Below, one piece after another: positions 26,379-34,030 of a DNA stretch of 34,030 nucleotides. Location: positions 1-34,030 of IMG/VR virus record IMGVR_UViG_3300037458_000342, one strand, 5' to 3'. Position numbers and translations under genes: made by a program. The notes beneath the pieces were generated by a model. That model searched no databases and was not told the origin of the DNA. It was given only the letters and a program-made list of their open reading frames with translations. Each line of letters opens with the position of its first letter. Position 1 is the stretch's first letter. Source of the stretch: a virus. Its lineage: Duplodnaviria; Caudoviricetes.

Positions 26379-28589
26379 ATGCCCATTTCCAGAAAGACAC
26401 GCGAGCGCGTCGGACTCCCGCCGAAGGCTACGGAAGCCGAAGTGCAGGAGGCGTTAGCCGCCGCGCTCGGGGTGCAGTCGTCGGCGATGATCGTCGAAGA
26501 CCGCACGACGCTTTCGAAGGCGGAGGAGGAGCTGTTGCAGTCCAAGGCCCTGACGGTCGAGGACGATCCGTGGAATCAGCTCCCGAACGAGCGACGCACC
26601 AACCTCATCCGGCCCACGTACAACCCCGTGCAGCTCGCCACACTATGCGTGCAGAACAACACGCTCGCGCAGTGCCTTGACGCCTTCGAGGTGAACATCG
26701 ACGGCACTGGGTTCGAGGTAGAGCGCAAGGACAACGACACGGCGAGTGAGGAAGAGGAGGACGACAACATCGAGCCCCTCAAGGAGATGTTCCACTCGAT
26801 CAACGTCAGCGAATCGTTCACGTCGGTGCGTCGCAAGGTGCGTCGCGACCGTCACACGTACGGCAATGGCTACATGGAGGTGCTCCGCAACGAGGCCGGC
26901 GAGATCACGCTGGTCAACCACATCGACGCCAAGCTCGTGTACATGGTGAAGCTCGACGACCCTGTCGAGGTGGAGCGCACGATCAAGCGCGGTGGCAAGG
27001 AGCAGAAGGTGCGCATGCTCGTGCGCGAGCGGCGCTACGCGATGATGATCGGCAACAAGGTGCGATACTTCCGCGAGTTCGGCAGCTCGCGCGAAATCGA
27101 CGCCGACACGGGTGAGTGGATGGGGCCGGCACGGGCGACTCCGGACGCCCTGTTCAAGGGCAAGCCCATGGACCCGAAGTTCAAGGCCACCGGCGATCAG
27201 GACAAGTTGCCACCAGAGCCCGGCACGCCCGGCGCGCGGGCGCCGACGGCCGCAACGCCTGCGGATGGCGCGCGCACCGACAAGCCCGTGGCGGAGATGA
27301 CGCCGGAAGAGCGCCGCAAGCGCATGGCTGTGGCCAAGGCCACCGAGCCGAAGCCCGTGGTGGCGACGCCGCCGCAAGCGGGGGACGATCCGACCCGGCA
27401 AGTGGGAGCGACTCCGAAGTCGGCGGGCGCGCGCGGCACGGAGATCATCCACTTCAAGGATCGCCCCGATATTTCGACCCCGTACGGCGTGCCGGTGTGG
27501 ATCAATCAGGTGCCATCGGTGCTTGGCAGCCGCAAGGCCGAGGAGCTGAACCTCGAATACTTCAATCACGGTGGCATGCCGCCGGTCATGATTTTCGTGC
27601 AGGGCGGCCAGCTCTCGCAGCAATCCAAGGATCTGCTGAACACGTACCTGTCGGGGGCGGCTAAGACCAAGCTGCGCGCGGTCGTGGCCGACGTGTACTC
27701 GACGGGAGGCGACCTGACGTCGACGTCACAAGTGAAGGTGAACGTGGAGCGATTCGGCGGAGACCAGCGACAGGACTCCATGTTCGAGGGGTACGATGAG
27801 CGTTGTTCAGCGCGGGTGCGCGGAGCTTTCCGTCTGCCCCCGCTATTCACCGGGGACACCGGGGATTACACGTTCGCCACGGCGTACGCGAGCTACGTGG
27901 TCGCCGAAGCGCAGGTGTTCAAGCCGGAGCGCGAGTTGTTCGACGAGGTCGTGAACAACACGCTCATGCGCGAGTTGGCGCCCGACTACGTGTTCCGCAG
28001 CCTGCCCCTGACCGTGGTCGACGTCGCCGTGAAGCTGCAAGCCCTCGGGCTCGTCAAGGACATCACGGACACCAAGACGTTCGTCGACGAGGTCAACGAG
28101 ATCGGCGGGCTCAACCTCACGTTCAAGGAACCCGCGGATCCCATGGGAGGCTTCGGCATGCCGGGGGCGGGCGATCCGTTTGCGCCGGCCGGAGAAGATG
28201 AGGAGCCCGGCGCGCCCGGCGGATTCCCACCTGCCAAGGGGGCGTTTCCTCCGGGCAACCCCGTGGGCGTGCCCAAGGTACCGACGCCGAAGCCAACCAA
28301 GCCGTTGCCCTCGAACTTCGCGAAGGCGAATCGCGAGCGCATCGCGAAGATGGGTGACGACGTGTTCACGCAGCTTGCGGACGACTGGGCGGCGCACCTT
28401 GCCGGGGACAAGCAGTTCGACGCGGGCGCCGTGAACTTCATGAAGTCGTGCATCGACGCGTTCCACCCCCAGATGCGCAAGCTGTTCAACGCGTACGTGG
28501 GCATGCGCCTCGCGCCGGGCGCCAAGTACGACCCGGACGGCGTCGCCGACCTGATGGCTTGCGCGGGAGACGCTTTGTGCCGTCACTGA
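26379..28589 (+). CDS. Portal protein (PBSX-like) with low-complexity insertions
   Basis: TYGNGYMEVLRN, EIIHFK...PYGVPVW, YFNHGGMP, AFRLPPLFTG...ATA. Confidence 0.85.
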   Translation: MPISRKTRERVGLPPKATEAEVQEALAAALGVQSSAMIVEDRTTLSKAEEELLQSKALTVEDDPWNQLPNERRTNLIRPTYNPVQLATLCVQNNTLAQCLDAFEVNIDGTGFEVERKDNDTASEEEEDDNIEPLKEMFHSINVSESFTSVRRKVRRDRHTYGNGYMEVLRNEAGEITLVNHIDAKLVYMVKLDDPVEVERTIKRGGKEQKVRMLVRERRYAMMIGNKVRYFREFGSSREIDADTGEWMGPARATPDALFKGKPMDPKFKATGDQDKLPPEPGTPGARAPTAATPADGARTDKPVAEMTPEERRKRMAVAKATEPKPVVATPPQAGDDPTRQVGATPKSAGARGTEIIHFKDRPDISTPYGVPVWINQVPSVLGSRKAEELNLEYFNHGGMPPVMIFVQGGQLSQQSKDLLNTYLSGAAKTKLRAVVADVYSTGGDLTSTSQVKVNVERFGGDQRQDSMFEGYDERCSARVRGAFRLPPLFTGDTGDYTFATAYASYVVAEAQVFKPERELFDEVVNNTLMRELAPDYVFRSLPLTVVDVAVKLQALGLVKDITDTKTFVDEVNEIGGLNLTFKEPADPMGGFGMPGAGDPFAPAGEDEEPGAPGGFPPAKGAFPPGNPVGVPKVPTPKPTKPLPSNFAKANRERIAKMGDDVFTQLADDWAAHLAGDKQFDAGAVNFMKSCIDAFHPQMRKLFNAYVGMRLAPGAKYDPDGVADLMACAGDALCRH

Positions 28590-29086
28590 AGCCTACTGAG
28601 CGAGAGAGGTTTGAGGCCAAGGTGCGGAAGTCCGCTGACTGCTGGGAGTGGGCTGGGTACAGGAATAAGCAGGGATACGGGGTCTTCATGCGTACAGGAA
28701 AGCGAAGCCCTGACAAAGCTCATCGGGTTGCATGGCAGTTGTACGTGGGTGAAATCCCGTCAGGGATGCTTGTGCTGCACCACTGCGATAACCCCCGCTG
28801 CGTTCGCGTTGGTCATCTCTATGTCGGGGATCAGCGCCAGAATGTGCGCGATTCTGTAGTGCGCGGCAGGCACCGAGTAGGGAAGCCATTCAAGCCCGGA
28901 CAATTTCGTGGCGAGGCCAATGGGCGTGCGAAACTCACGAATATTCAGGCCCTCGACGTTAGACGCAGGGCGCTGTCGGGGGAGAAGCGTAAGACCATTG
29001 CAGACGACTATGGAATCAGCCTGAGCATGGTGACTTTCATCAAGAAAGGGGCTAACTGGGCCGGGGATTGCTTGCACGATCATTGA
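28577..29086 (+). CDS. Free-standing HNH homing endonuclease
   Basis: CWEWAG...GYG...AHRVAW...VLHHCDNPRCVRVGHL...N, GEANGRAKLT, C-terminal HTH; more AT-rich than its neighbours. Confidence 0.9.
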   Translation: MPSLKPTERERFEAKVRKSADCWEWAGYRNKQGYGVFMRTGKRSPDKAHRVAWQLYVGEIPSGMLVLHHCDNPRCVRVGHLYVGDQRQNVRDSVVRGRHRVGKPFKPGQFRGEANGRAKLTNIQALDVRRRALSGEKRKTIADDYGISLSMVTFIKKGANWAGDCLHDH

Positions 29087-29244
29087 GAAGGCGCCCCTCC
29101 CCCCGCCTTCGGCGGCCTAACCTGTGCGGGGAGAGGGGCGGTGCGGGGTAGTGGCGGTTAACGGCGTGCCCCTCACGGCCCGCAAACTACAACCTGCAAA
29201 CCCGTTTGTATGTTCGGCGGCACACATAGGCGCCGGGAGGCCGG

Positions 29245-29421
29245 ATGAACCACAAGCGCAGGCGGCCGAAGTCGCGACGCGCGGGCTGCCTGATGTGCAA
29301 GCCCCAGAAGGACCAGCGGCACCCCAAGGGGAAGCGCGAGACCGAGCTTGGGCACCGGGGCTTCGGCAAGCTGCGCGCGGCGCGTCACGCACGCGAGGAT
29401 TTACAGCACAGCTTGATTTGA
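29245..29421 (+). CDS. Small basic protein (58 aa, not in the ORF track)
   Basis: GGGAGG RBS; MNHKRRRPKSRRAGCLMCKPQK... Confidence 0.65.
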   Translation: MNHKRRRPKSRRAGCLMCKPQKDQRHPKGKRETELGHRGFGKLRAARHAREDLQHSLI

Positions 29422-29441
29422 CAAACGGCTAATGCGATAAT
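29413..29441 (+). promoter_or_regulatory. sigma70-like promoter with the box in the spacer
   Basis: TTGATT-17 nt-GATAAT with TG extension; TTGACAAACG at 29418. Confidence 0.65.
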
Positions 29442-29467
29442 GCGCATGGAGATTCAAGGAGGGCTAC

Positions 29468-29695
29468 GTGAGCAAACGGGTCTACGTGAACATCGGTTCC
29501 AAGCAGTACACCGTCACGTACCGGGACGATGGCTACCCGCCCAACATCTGGACGAGCTGGGAGATCATCAATCCCCGGACGGTCTGGAGCGTTCACCCTA
29601 AGTACTTCCACCGGAGCATGTCGGTGTCACCACACGGCACGCTCGGCAAGAAGGTCCTGAAGCTGGCATCGGCCCAGCTCACCAAGGAGGGCTGA
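29468..29695 (+). CDS. Small early-type hypothetical protein
   Basis: CAAGGAGGG RBS. Confidence 0.7.
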   Translation: MSKRVYVNIGSKQYTVTYRDDGYPPNIWTSWEIINPRTVWSVHPKYFHRSMSVSPHGTLGKKVLKLASAQLTKEG

Positions 29696-30007
29696 ATGAA
29701 CAAGCGCGAGACCCGGTTCTTCAGTGGCGCCACGCCGCTCGTCAGTGCCACGCACTGGGGCCTGAAGGCGTTCGAGGCGCACTTCCCCGGCGTGGGCGGC
29801 ATCACGGGGCGCGGCCCTTTCTACGTGGGCAACATGGCGCGCTGGGTCGGCCGCACCGCGGATGGCCACGAGCTGCCTGTCACGCGCATCATCGGCTACT
29901 CGACGAACCCCAGCCGGCACGCGTGCGACGCGCGCTGCCAGACGGCGCGGGGCTCGAATTGCGAGTGCTCGTGTGGGGGTGCCAATCACGGCGTGCTCAG
30001 CTACTGA
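29696..30007 (+). CDS. Hypothetical protein with Cys-rich C-terminus
   Basis: HACDARCQTARGSNCECSCGGANHG. Confidence 0.7.
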   Translation: MNKRETRFFSGATPLVSATHWGLKAFEAHFPGVGGITGRGPFYVGNMARWVGRTADGHELPVTRIIGYSTNPSRHACDARCQTARGSNCECSCGGANHGVLSY

Positions 30008-30011
30008 GTAC

Positions 30012-30040
30012 TTGACATACGGCGTAAGTGATCGTAGAAT
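30012..30040 (+). promoter_or_regulatory. sigma70-like promoter with conserved box
   Basis: TTGACATACG; TTGACA-17 nt-TAGAAT. Confidence 0.75.
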
Positions 30041-30067
30041 CACAGTCGAGGATTCAAGGAGGGCTGC

Positions 30068-30211
30068 ATGAACCAGACGATCTACTTCAAGGGCTCTGTG
30101 GCGGACTTCGCCGCGCTCATTCAGGCGCTGATGGCCGCGGGCATCGCGTTCACCACCAAGGTGTACGGCGACCTGTCGGCGGGCGCCGAGATCACGCTGA
30201 CCGGCTACTGA
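30068..30211 (+). CDS. Small hypothetical protein (47 aa, not in the ORF track)
   Basis: CAAGGAGGG RBS; MNQTIYFKGSVADFAALIQAL... Confidence 0.65.
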   Translation: MNQTIYFKGSVADFAALIQALMAAGIAFTTKVYGDLSAGAEITLTGY

Positions 30212-30223
30212 GGAGGGCCGCGC

Positions 30224-30451
30224 ATGTTCACCCGCAAAGAGTTGACGTTCCGCACGCAGGGCGGCATGCCATTCAAGGTGGCGGCCGGTACACCGGTCGA
30301 GGCCATCGCGGCGGAGCCCGGCTGGTTCTGGGTGAAGCCCGAGGCGTTGCCCGCCAACAGCATCGAGCGCCACGACGCCACGTACTACGGCCTGCGCGTG
30401 TTCGAGACCAACGTGGTCAAGGAACCGCCGGCCAAGGAGGACGCCGAATGA
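30224..30451 (+). CDS. Small hypothetical protein
   Basis: GAGGAGG RBS. Confidence 0.7.
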   Translation: MFTRKELTFRTQGGMPFKVAAGTPVEAIAAEPGWFWVKPEALPANSIERHDATYYGLRVFETNVVKEPPAKEDAE

Positions 30452-30705
30452 AGCAGAGCACTCCGCGCTACCGCACGCAGATCGTCGACAACGCGCTGAA
30501 CCACTTGGACCCGGACGCCGTGGGCTTCAGGGGGTCGGAGGCGTGTGAGGCCGCGCTGCGCGATCCCGCGCTGCGCAACTACCTCGACGCGTGGGTCATG
30601 CCGTACCTGAAGGCGCTGCGCGACGACGACGTGCCGAAGTGGATGCGCGACGCCATGCGTGACGTCGAGCGCTACGAGCGCCGCGGCGCCGGGAGTTCCA
30701 CGTGA
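30448..30705 (+). CDS. Small hypothetical protein
   Basis: AAGGAGG RBS; ATGA overlap. Confidence 0.7.
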   Translation: MKQSTPRYRTQIVDNALNHLDPDAVGFRGSEACEAALRDPALRNYLDAWVMPYLKALRDDDVPKWMRDAMRDVERYERRGAGSST

Positions 30706-30938
30706 AACCCGCGCGTCGCGTGAAGTCGCCGTTCGACCGCATCGCGCAGCAGAACCGCCTGCTCTGGGCGTTTTTGCAGCACGACACCGCGGAGCGCAAC
30801 AAGCGCCGCATCATGCGCGTGCTGTTCGAGGGCCGGGATCCCATCTTGGAGCCCACGTCGCGCGCCGAATCGCGGCGCCTCGCGCGCTGCTCGGCTGCCG
30901 CACACCGCACGGGGCGCAGCGAGGAGTTTGACGCGTAG
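30702..30938 (+). CDS. Small hypothetical protein
   Basis: GTGA overlap. Confidence 0.6.
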   Translation: MKPARRVKSPFDRIAQQNRLLWAFLQHDTAERNKRRIMRVLFEGRDPILEPTSRAESRRLARCSAAAHRTGRSEEFDA

Positions 30939-30940
30939 GC

Positions 30941-30969
30941 TTGCTTAGACAAACGACGTATGCGATACT
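30941..30969 (+). promoter_or_regulatory. sigma70-like promoter with the box in the spacer
   Basis: TTGCTT-17 nt-GATACT with TG extension; TAGACAAACG at 30946. Confidence 0.65.
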
Positions 30970-30998
30970 AGCGGCGTCGGGAGAGCAAGGAGGTTCGG

Positions 30999-31175
30999 AT
31001 GTTCCAGTACAAGTGCTTCTACAAGGGCAAGTCCGTCGACGTCAGCGCGCTGAGGAGCTTCGACGCGCAGCAGGCGGCGGCCAAGCTCCTGAAGGCCAAG
31101 AGGCCGTACGAAGTCAAGGTCGTGCTGGCCGCCGCCAACGGCGTGCCGGTGCCCGTCGACCCCGCCAGCCTGTAG
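30999..31175 (+). CDS. Small hypothetical protein (58 aa, not in the ORF track)
   Basis: CAAGGAGG RBS; MFQYKCFYKGKSVDVSALRSFDAQQAAAK... Confidence 0.7.
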   Translation: MFQYKCFYKGKSVDVSALRSFDAQQAAAKLLKAKRPYEVKVVLAAANGVPVPVDPASL

Positions 31176-31185
31176 GGAGGGCAAC

Positions 31186-31413
31186 ATGAAGGTTCGAGCT
31201 GGTTCGTGGTACGTGTACTCGCCGGTCGCGCTCGATGTCTACGACGCGCGCACGGCCCTGAAGCCCGGTGACCGCGTGCAGGTGCGCAACCTGAACGGTG
31301 CGCCGAAGGCCAACACCATGGGGCACGCGCACGTGTTCGACGCTAACGGCAAGTTCGCCGGCCTCGTGTGCACGGCGAGCCTGAGCAAGCCCGCGGCCGG
31401 GGAGGTGGCGTGA
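31186..31413 (+). CDS. Small hypothetical protein
   Basis: GGGAGG RBS. Confidence 0.7.
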   Translation: MKVRAGSWYVYSPVALDVYDARTALKPGDRVQVRNLNGAPKANTMGHAHVFDANGKFAGLVCTASLSKPAAGEVA

Positions 31414-31730
31414 ACAGGCATACGCCGGGGCCGTGGCGCGCCGAGCGCACAGAGACCGTGCGGGGAAACCCCGCGTGGCTGATCGACTCCGCAACCGTTC
31501 GCGGCCTCGCGCTGCTGGAGTTCATGCGTGCCGAGGATCGCGATGATTTCGGGACCGCCAATGCCGCACTGATGGCGGCGGCGCCTGAGCTGCTCGCCGC
31601 ACTGGAGGACGCTCTGGCCTGCATTGACGGCATCCCAGAAGCGGATCGCGCCCGCCTCGGGCTGTACTCCATGCGCTGGTACGGGGAAGCCCGCGCCGCC
31701 ATCGCCAAAGTCAGGGAGGTCCGCCCATGA
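31410..31730 (+). CDS. Phage protein of the HTPGPW...ANAALMAAAPELL type
   Basis: Recognisable common phage motif pair. Confidence 0.75.
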   Translation: MNRHTPGPWRAERTETVRGNPAWLIDSATVRGLALLEFMRAEDRDDFGTANAALMAAAPELLAALEDALACIDGIPEADRARLGLYSMRWYGEARAAIAKVREVRP

Positions 31731-31897
31731 ATAAATCGGTACGCTGCCCCCGATGCTACGGCCGCGGCTACGTCCCAGAGAAGCGGCGCGCGTCGGGGCG
31801 CAACCCGCAGGCGCTCGGGTTCTACGCCCGCACGTGTCCGCGGTGTAGCGGATCCGGGGCAGAGCGTCCAGTGTCTGGAGGGCGGCGCGGTGAGTGA
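31727..31897 (+). CDS. Small DnaJ-type zinc-finger protein (56 aa, not in the ORF track)
   Basis: CPRCYGRG...CPRCSGSG; GGAGG RBS. Confidence 0.6.
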   Translation: MNKSVRCPRCYGRGYVPEKRRASGRNPQALGFYARTCPRCSGSGAERPVSGGRRGE

Positions 31898-32075
31898 CAC
31901 CATCGACGACTTCCGCGCTCTCAAGGAGCATCGTCGCGAGGAGCGCCGCCGGCTTGGCGTGGAATGCCCGCGCTGTCGGCAGGTGCGCCTGAAGGCACAC
32001 CCCTCGATCCTGCTGCCCGGCCAGCGTTGCCGGGTGGACGGCTACGTCGACCCACGTCAACGGGAGGACACATGA
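31890..32075 (+). CDS. Small zinc-binding hypothetical protein
   Basis: CPRC...CRVDGY; GGAGG RBS. Confidence 0.6.
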   Translation: MSDTIDDFRALKEHRREERRRLGVECPRCRQVRLKAHPSILLPGQRCRVDGYVDPRQREDT

Positions 32076-32434
32076 GCGAGCGCAACGTGCAGCACTACGA
32101 GCGGTGGAACCGCGGGGGCCGCCACAAGTGGTTCACGAAGGACATCGCGCGGCGCCTGCCGGACCTCGGCGCCCACGAGGGCAGGGCGGCGGCCGACGTG
32201 CCGGTCGTCGTGAAGCTGTTCAACCCCACGGGGCGCGGCACGTGGTACATCACGGAGGCCGACCTCGCCGAGGGCGTGGCGTTCGGCTACTGCGTGATCC
32301 ACTACGGCGAGCTGGGCTACGTGAGCCTCGCAGAGCTGCGTGAGTTCCGCGGCCGGCTGGGGCTCGGCATCGAGCGCGACGAGGGGTACAGCGGCACATT
32401 GGCCGACGTCATGAGAACGGAGTCGCCGTCGTGA
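32072..32434 (+). CDS. DUF2958-like protein
   Basis: VVKLFNPTGRGTWYITEAD...FG...ELGYVSLAEL...LGIERD. Confidence 0.8.
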   Translation: MSERNVQHYERWNRGGRHKWFTKDIARRLPDLGAHEGRAAADVPVVVKLFNPTGRGTWYITEADLAEGVAFGYCVIHYGELGYVSLAELREFRGRLGLGIERDEGYSGTLADVMRTESPS

Positions 32435-32685
32435 TCCGCATGAAGGTGGACTACGCCGTGGTCTGCGCCGCATTGCTTGGCAAGGCCCCGGAGGGGCTGT
32501 TCGTCGTCGACGACGCCGGTGAGCTGCGCGTGCAGTTCGACGAGCTTAGGGTGGAGCACGCGCGCCTGACGCTGCTTTTCAAAGGGACGGTCGTCGGGCG
32601 GATGGACTACAGCATCGGCCCATCCGGTGCGCTGACCGTCACCGGGATCGCCGGCACGACGGGGTTCAGCTTTGACGTCACCTGA
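32431..32685 (+). CDS. Small hypothetical protein
   Basis: GTGA overlap. Confidence 0.6.
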   Translation: MIRMKVDYAVVCAALLGKAPEGLFVVDDAGELRVQFDELRVEHARLTLLFKGTVVGRMDYSIGPSGALTVTGIAGTTGFSFDVT

Positions 32686-32690
32686 GGCAC

Positions 32691-32719
32691 TAGACAAACG
32701 CATATAGCTGTGGGACAAT
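32691..32719 (+). promoter_or_regulatory. sigma70-like promoter with conserved box
   Basis: TAGACAAACG; TAGACA-17 nt-GACAAT with TG extension. Confidence 0.65.
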
Positions 32720-32746
32720 GTGCTGGGTGATCAAGGAGGGCTGAAA

Positions 32747-32857
32747 ATGATGGAGTTCCTGACGTTGCTCGTCGCCGTGTTCGGCGGCACGTTCCTCGCC
32801 GGCGTCGCGTTGACGTCCGTGCAGGTGGTCGTGGCCAGCGTGGAGGTGGCGCAGTGA
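32747..32857 (+). CDS. 36-aa hydrophobic, probably single-pass membrane peptide (not in the ORF track)
   Basis: CAAGGAGGG RBS; MMEFLTLLVAVFGGTFLAGVALTSVQVVVASVEVAQ. Confidence 0.6.
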   Translation: MMEFLTLLVAVFGGTFLAGVALTSVQVVVASVEVAQ

Positions 32858-33060
32858 GCACGTCCTACGGCAAGAACGTCTACCAGATCGTGAAGCACTG
32901 GCTCACCGCGAACGGCACGCAGCACAAGCAGATCGTCGCGCAGGGGCTGTCCCTGAAGACGGCGCTGACGGCTAGAGGTGCCATGGTGGCCACCGACTTC
33001 GGCGGCGCCGGCGTGCAGTGGGTGGCCTACGGGGTCGCCACGACTGGGACCATGCAGTAA
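32854..33060 (+). CDS. Small hypothetical protein
   Basis: GGAGG RBS; GTGA overlap. Confidence 0.65.
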   Translation: MSTSYGKNVYQIVKHWLTANGTQHKQIVAQGLSLKTALTARGAMVATDFGGAGVQWVAYGVATTGTMQ

Positions 33061-33080
33061 CCGAATCAGAGGAGGATCAC

Positions 33081-33284
33081 ATGGCACGCGAAGCAACCTT
33101 GACCTACATCCGCGCGGCACGCCGCCAGCACGATGGTTACGACGGCGTGCTCTACGTGCACGCGTGGGCGACCGGCGCGCAGGAGCTGGTGTTCGCCGAT
33201 CACGAAGCCGCCGAGCGCTGGGCGCAGGCGGAGCGCGATGCCGGCCGCGCAACCACCCTCGCTGGCTACCGGGAGGCGTCATGA
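33081..33284 (+). CDS. Small hypothetical protein
   Basis: GAGGAGG RBS. Confidence 0.65.
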   Translation: MAREATLTYIRAARRQHDGYDGVLYVHAWATGAQELVFADHEAAERWAQAERDAGRATTLAGYREAS

Positions 33285-33634
33285 AGACCAGTGGCTGGCT
33301 GGCTGGACTCAAGGCAGGGGATCGGGTGGCGACGACGCGTCATGGGGGGTGCGGCTTCGCGCTGTACCGTGTGACCCGGGTCACGCCGACGCAGATCGTC
33401 GTGGGGGGACAACGCTACAACCGCGAGACCGGGGCGCAGCTCGGGCGCGGGGGATGGGGGCGATGCCTGATCGAGCCCACCGAAGAGATCCGTGCTGCGT
33501 GCCGGCGCGAGGCGCTCATCCTGAAGTTGTCGCAGTTCGACTACGGGACGTTGCCGGTGGCGACGCTCGAAGAGCTGTACGCCATCACGACGCGCAATGC
33601 GGAGCGGCCCAGCAAGGGCGAGGAGGGGGCATGA
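33281..33634 (+). CDS. Hypothetical protein (SH3-like LKAGDRV...VTRVTPTQIVV)
   Basis: GGAGG RBS; ATGA overlap. Confidence 0.65.
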   Translation: MKTSGWLAGLKAGDRVATTRHGGCGFALYRVTRVTPTQIVVGGQRYNRETGAQLGRGGWGRCLIEPTEEIRAACRREALILKLSQFDYGTLPVATLEELYAITTRNAERPSKGEEGA

Positions 33635-33870
33635 TGTCGAGGTGTCGCACCTGCGGGCAGGATCTACCGGAGCGCCACGGCAGGCCGTGGAACCCGTTCG
33701 AGCTGAAGCGTCTGCGGAAGGAGGCGCGCTACGCGCGTCTGTACGGGTACGACTGCGATGTGTTCCTGCGCAACTACGCATGGCGCGCAGGGCGCACGGT
33801 GACCGCCGTGTACCTGAAGGCGCGCGAGCTTGGGCTTGTGACCGGAGACCCGCCTGCTGGGTGCATGTGA
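33631..33870 (+). CDS. Small Myb/HTH-like protein
   Basis: RPWNPFELKRL...GRTVTAVYLKARELGL. Confidence 0.6.
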   Translation: MMSRCRTCGQDLPERHGRPWNPFELKRLRKEARYARLYGYDCDVFLRNYAWRAGRTVTAVYLKARELGLVTGDPPAGCM

Positions 33871-33914
33871 TCACGTGATCACATTTGACAAACGGATACC
33901 ACCTCCCGCATAAT
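33865..33914 (+). promoter_or_regulatory. 20-bp perfect palindrome abutting a sigma70-like promoter
   Basis: ATGTGATCACGTGATCACAT (33865-33884), then TTGACA-18 nt-CATAAT with the TTGACAAACG box. Confidence 0.7.
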
Positions 33915-33940
33915 CTGCGTGGGGTATCAAGGAGGGCAAC

Positions 33941-34030
33941 ATGGGAATCAGAGTCTACGTCCTGAAGTCGAAGAGCATCGGCGACTGCACGCGGGGCGGC
34001 GTGTCGTCGAAGTACGACGAACTCGTGGTC
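33941..34030 (+). CDS. Hypothetical protein, truncated by the window end
   Basis: CAAGGAGGG RBS; MGIRVYVLKSKSIGDCTRGGVSSKYDELVV... Confidence 0.65.
   Translation, partial: MGIRVYVLKSKSIGDCTRGGVSSKYDELVV

Noticed and set aside
25695-26680. ORFs crossing the array (25695-25907, 26087-26680, 26146-26367) and the portal extension from 26265
   Set aside because: No RBS or coding bias; the region is better explained as array plus structured RNA, and the portal has a good start at 26379.
28577-29232. Group I intron carrying the HNH gene
   Set aside because: The portal ORF ends with a stop codon, no downstream exon is evident, and I could not identify the intron core elements.
29090-29232. tRNA gene
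   Set aside because: No cloverleaf with a T-loop and acceptor stem could be drawn; no tRNA was recognised anywhere in the window.

Overview
GC-rich (roughly two-thirds GC by eye) segment of a tailed dsDNA phage or prophage, with essentially all real genes on the + strand. In order: a replication/recombination block (primase, Nop-domain protein, gp32-like SSB, SF2 helicase, MerR-like HTH, RecA, Hjc-type resolvase, Cas4-like nuclease, RuvC); terminase small and large subunits (large subunit with an HNH intein); a virion-type protein; an accessory block (PPDK-like phosphotransferase lacking the pyruvate domain, CsrA-like protein, two CX5R phosphatases); family A DNA polymerase; portal; a free HNH endonuclease; and many small early-type genes behind strong sigma70-like promoters that share a 10-bp box. 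Main finding: an RNA-guided TIGR-Tas-type system. A nuclease-less Nop/IS110-like protein (TasA-like, 1019-1888) co-occurs with a cryptic 36-nt-period dual-repeat array at 25732-26136 (11 units of 9-nt repeat / ~9-nt spacer / 9-nt repeat / ~9-nt spacer), and the tail of an apparent second array lies at 1-37. All calls come from reading motifs by eye; no database searches were run.
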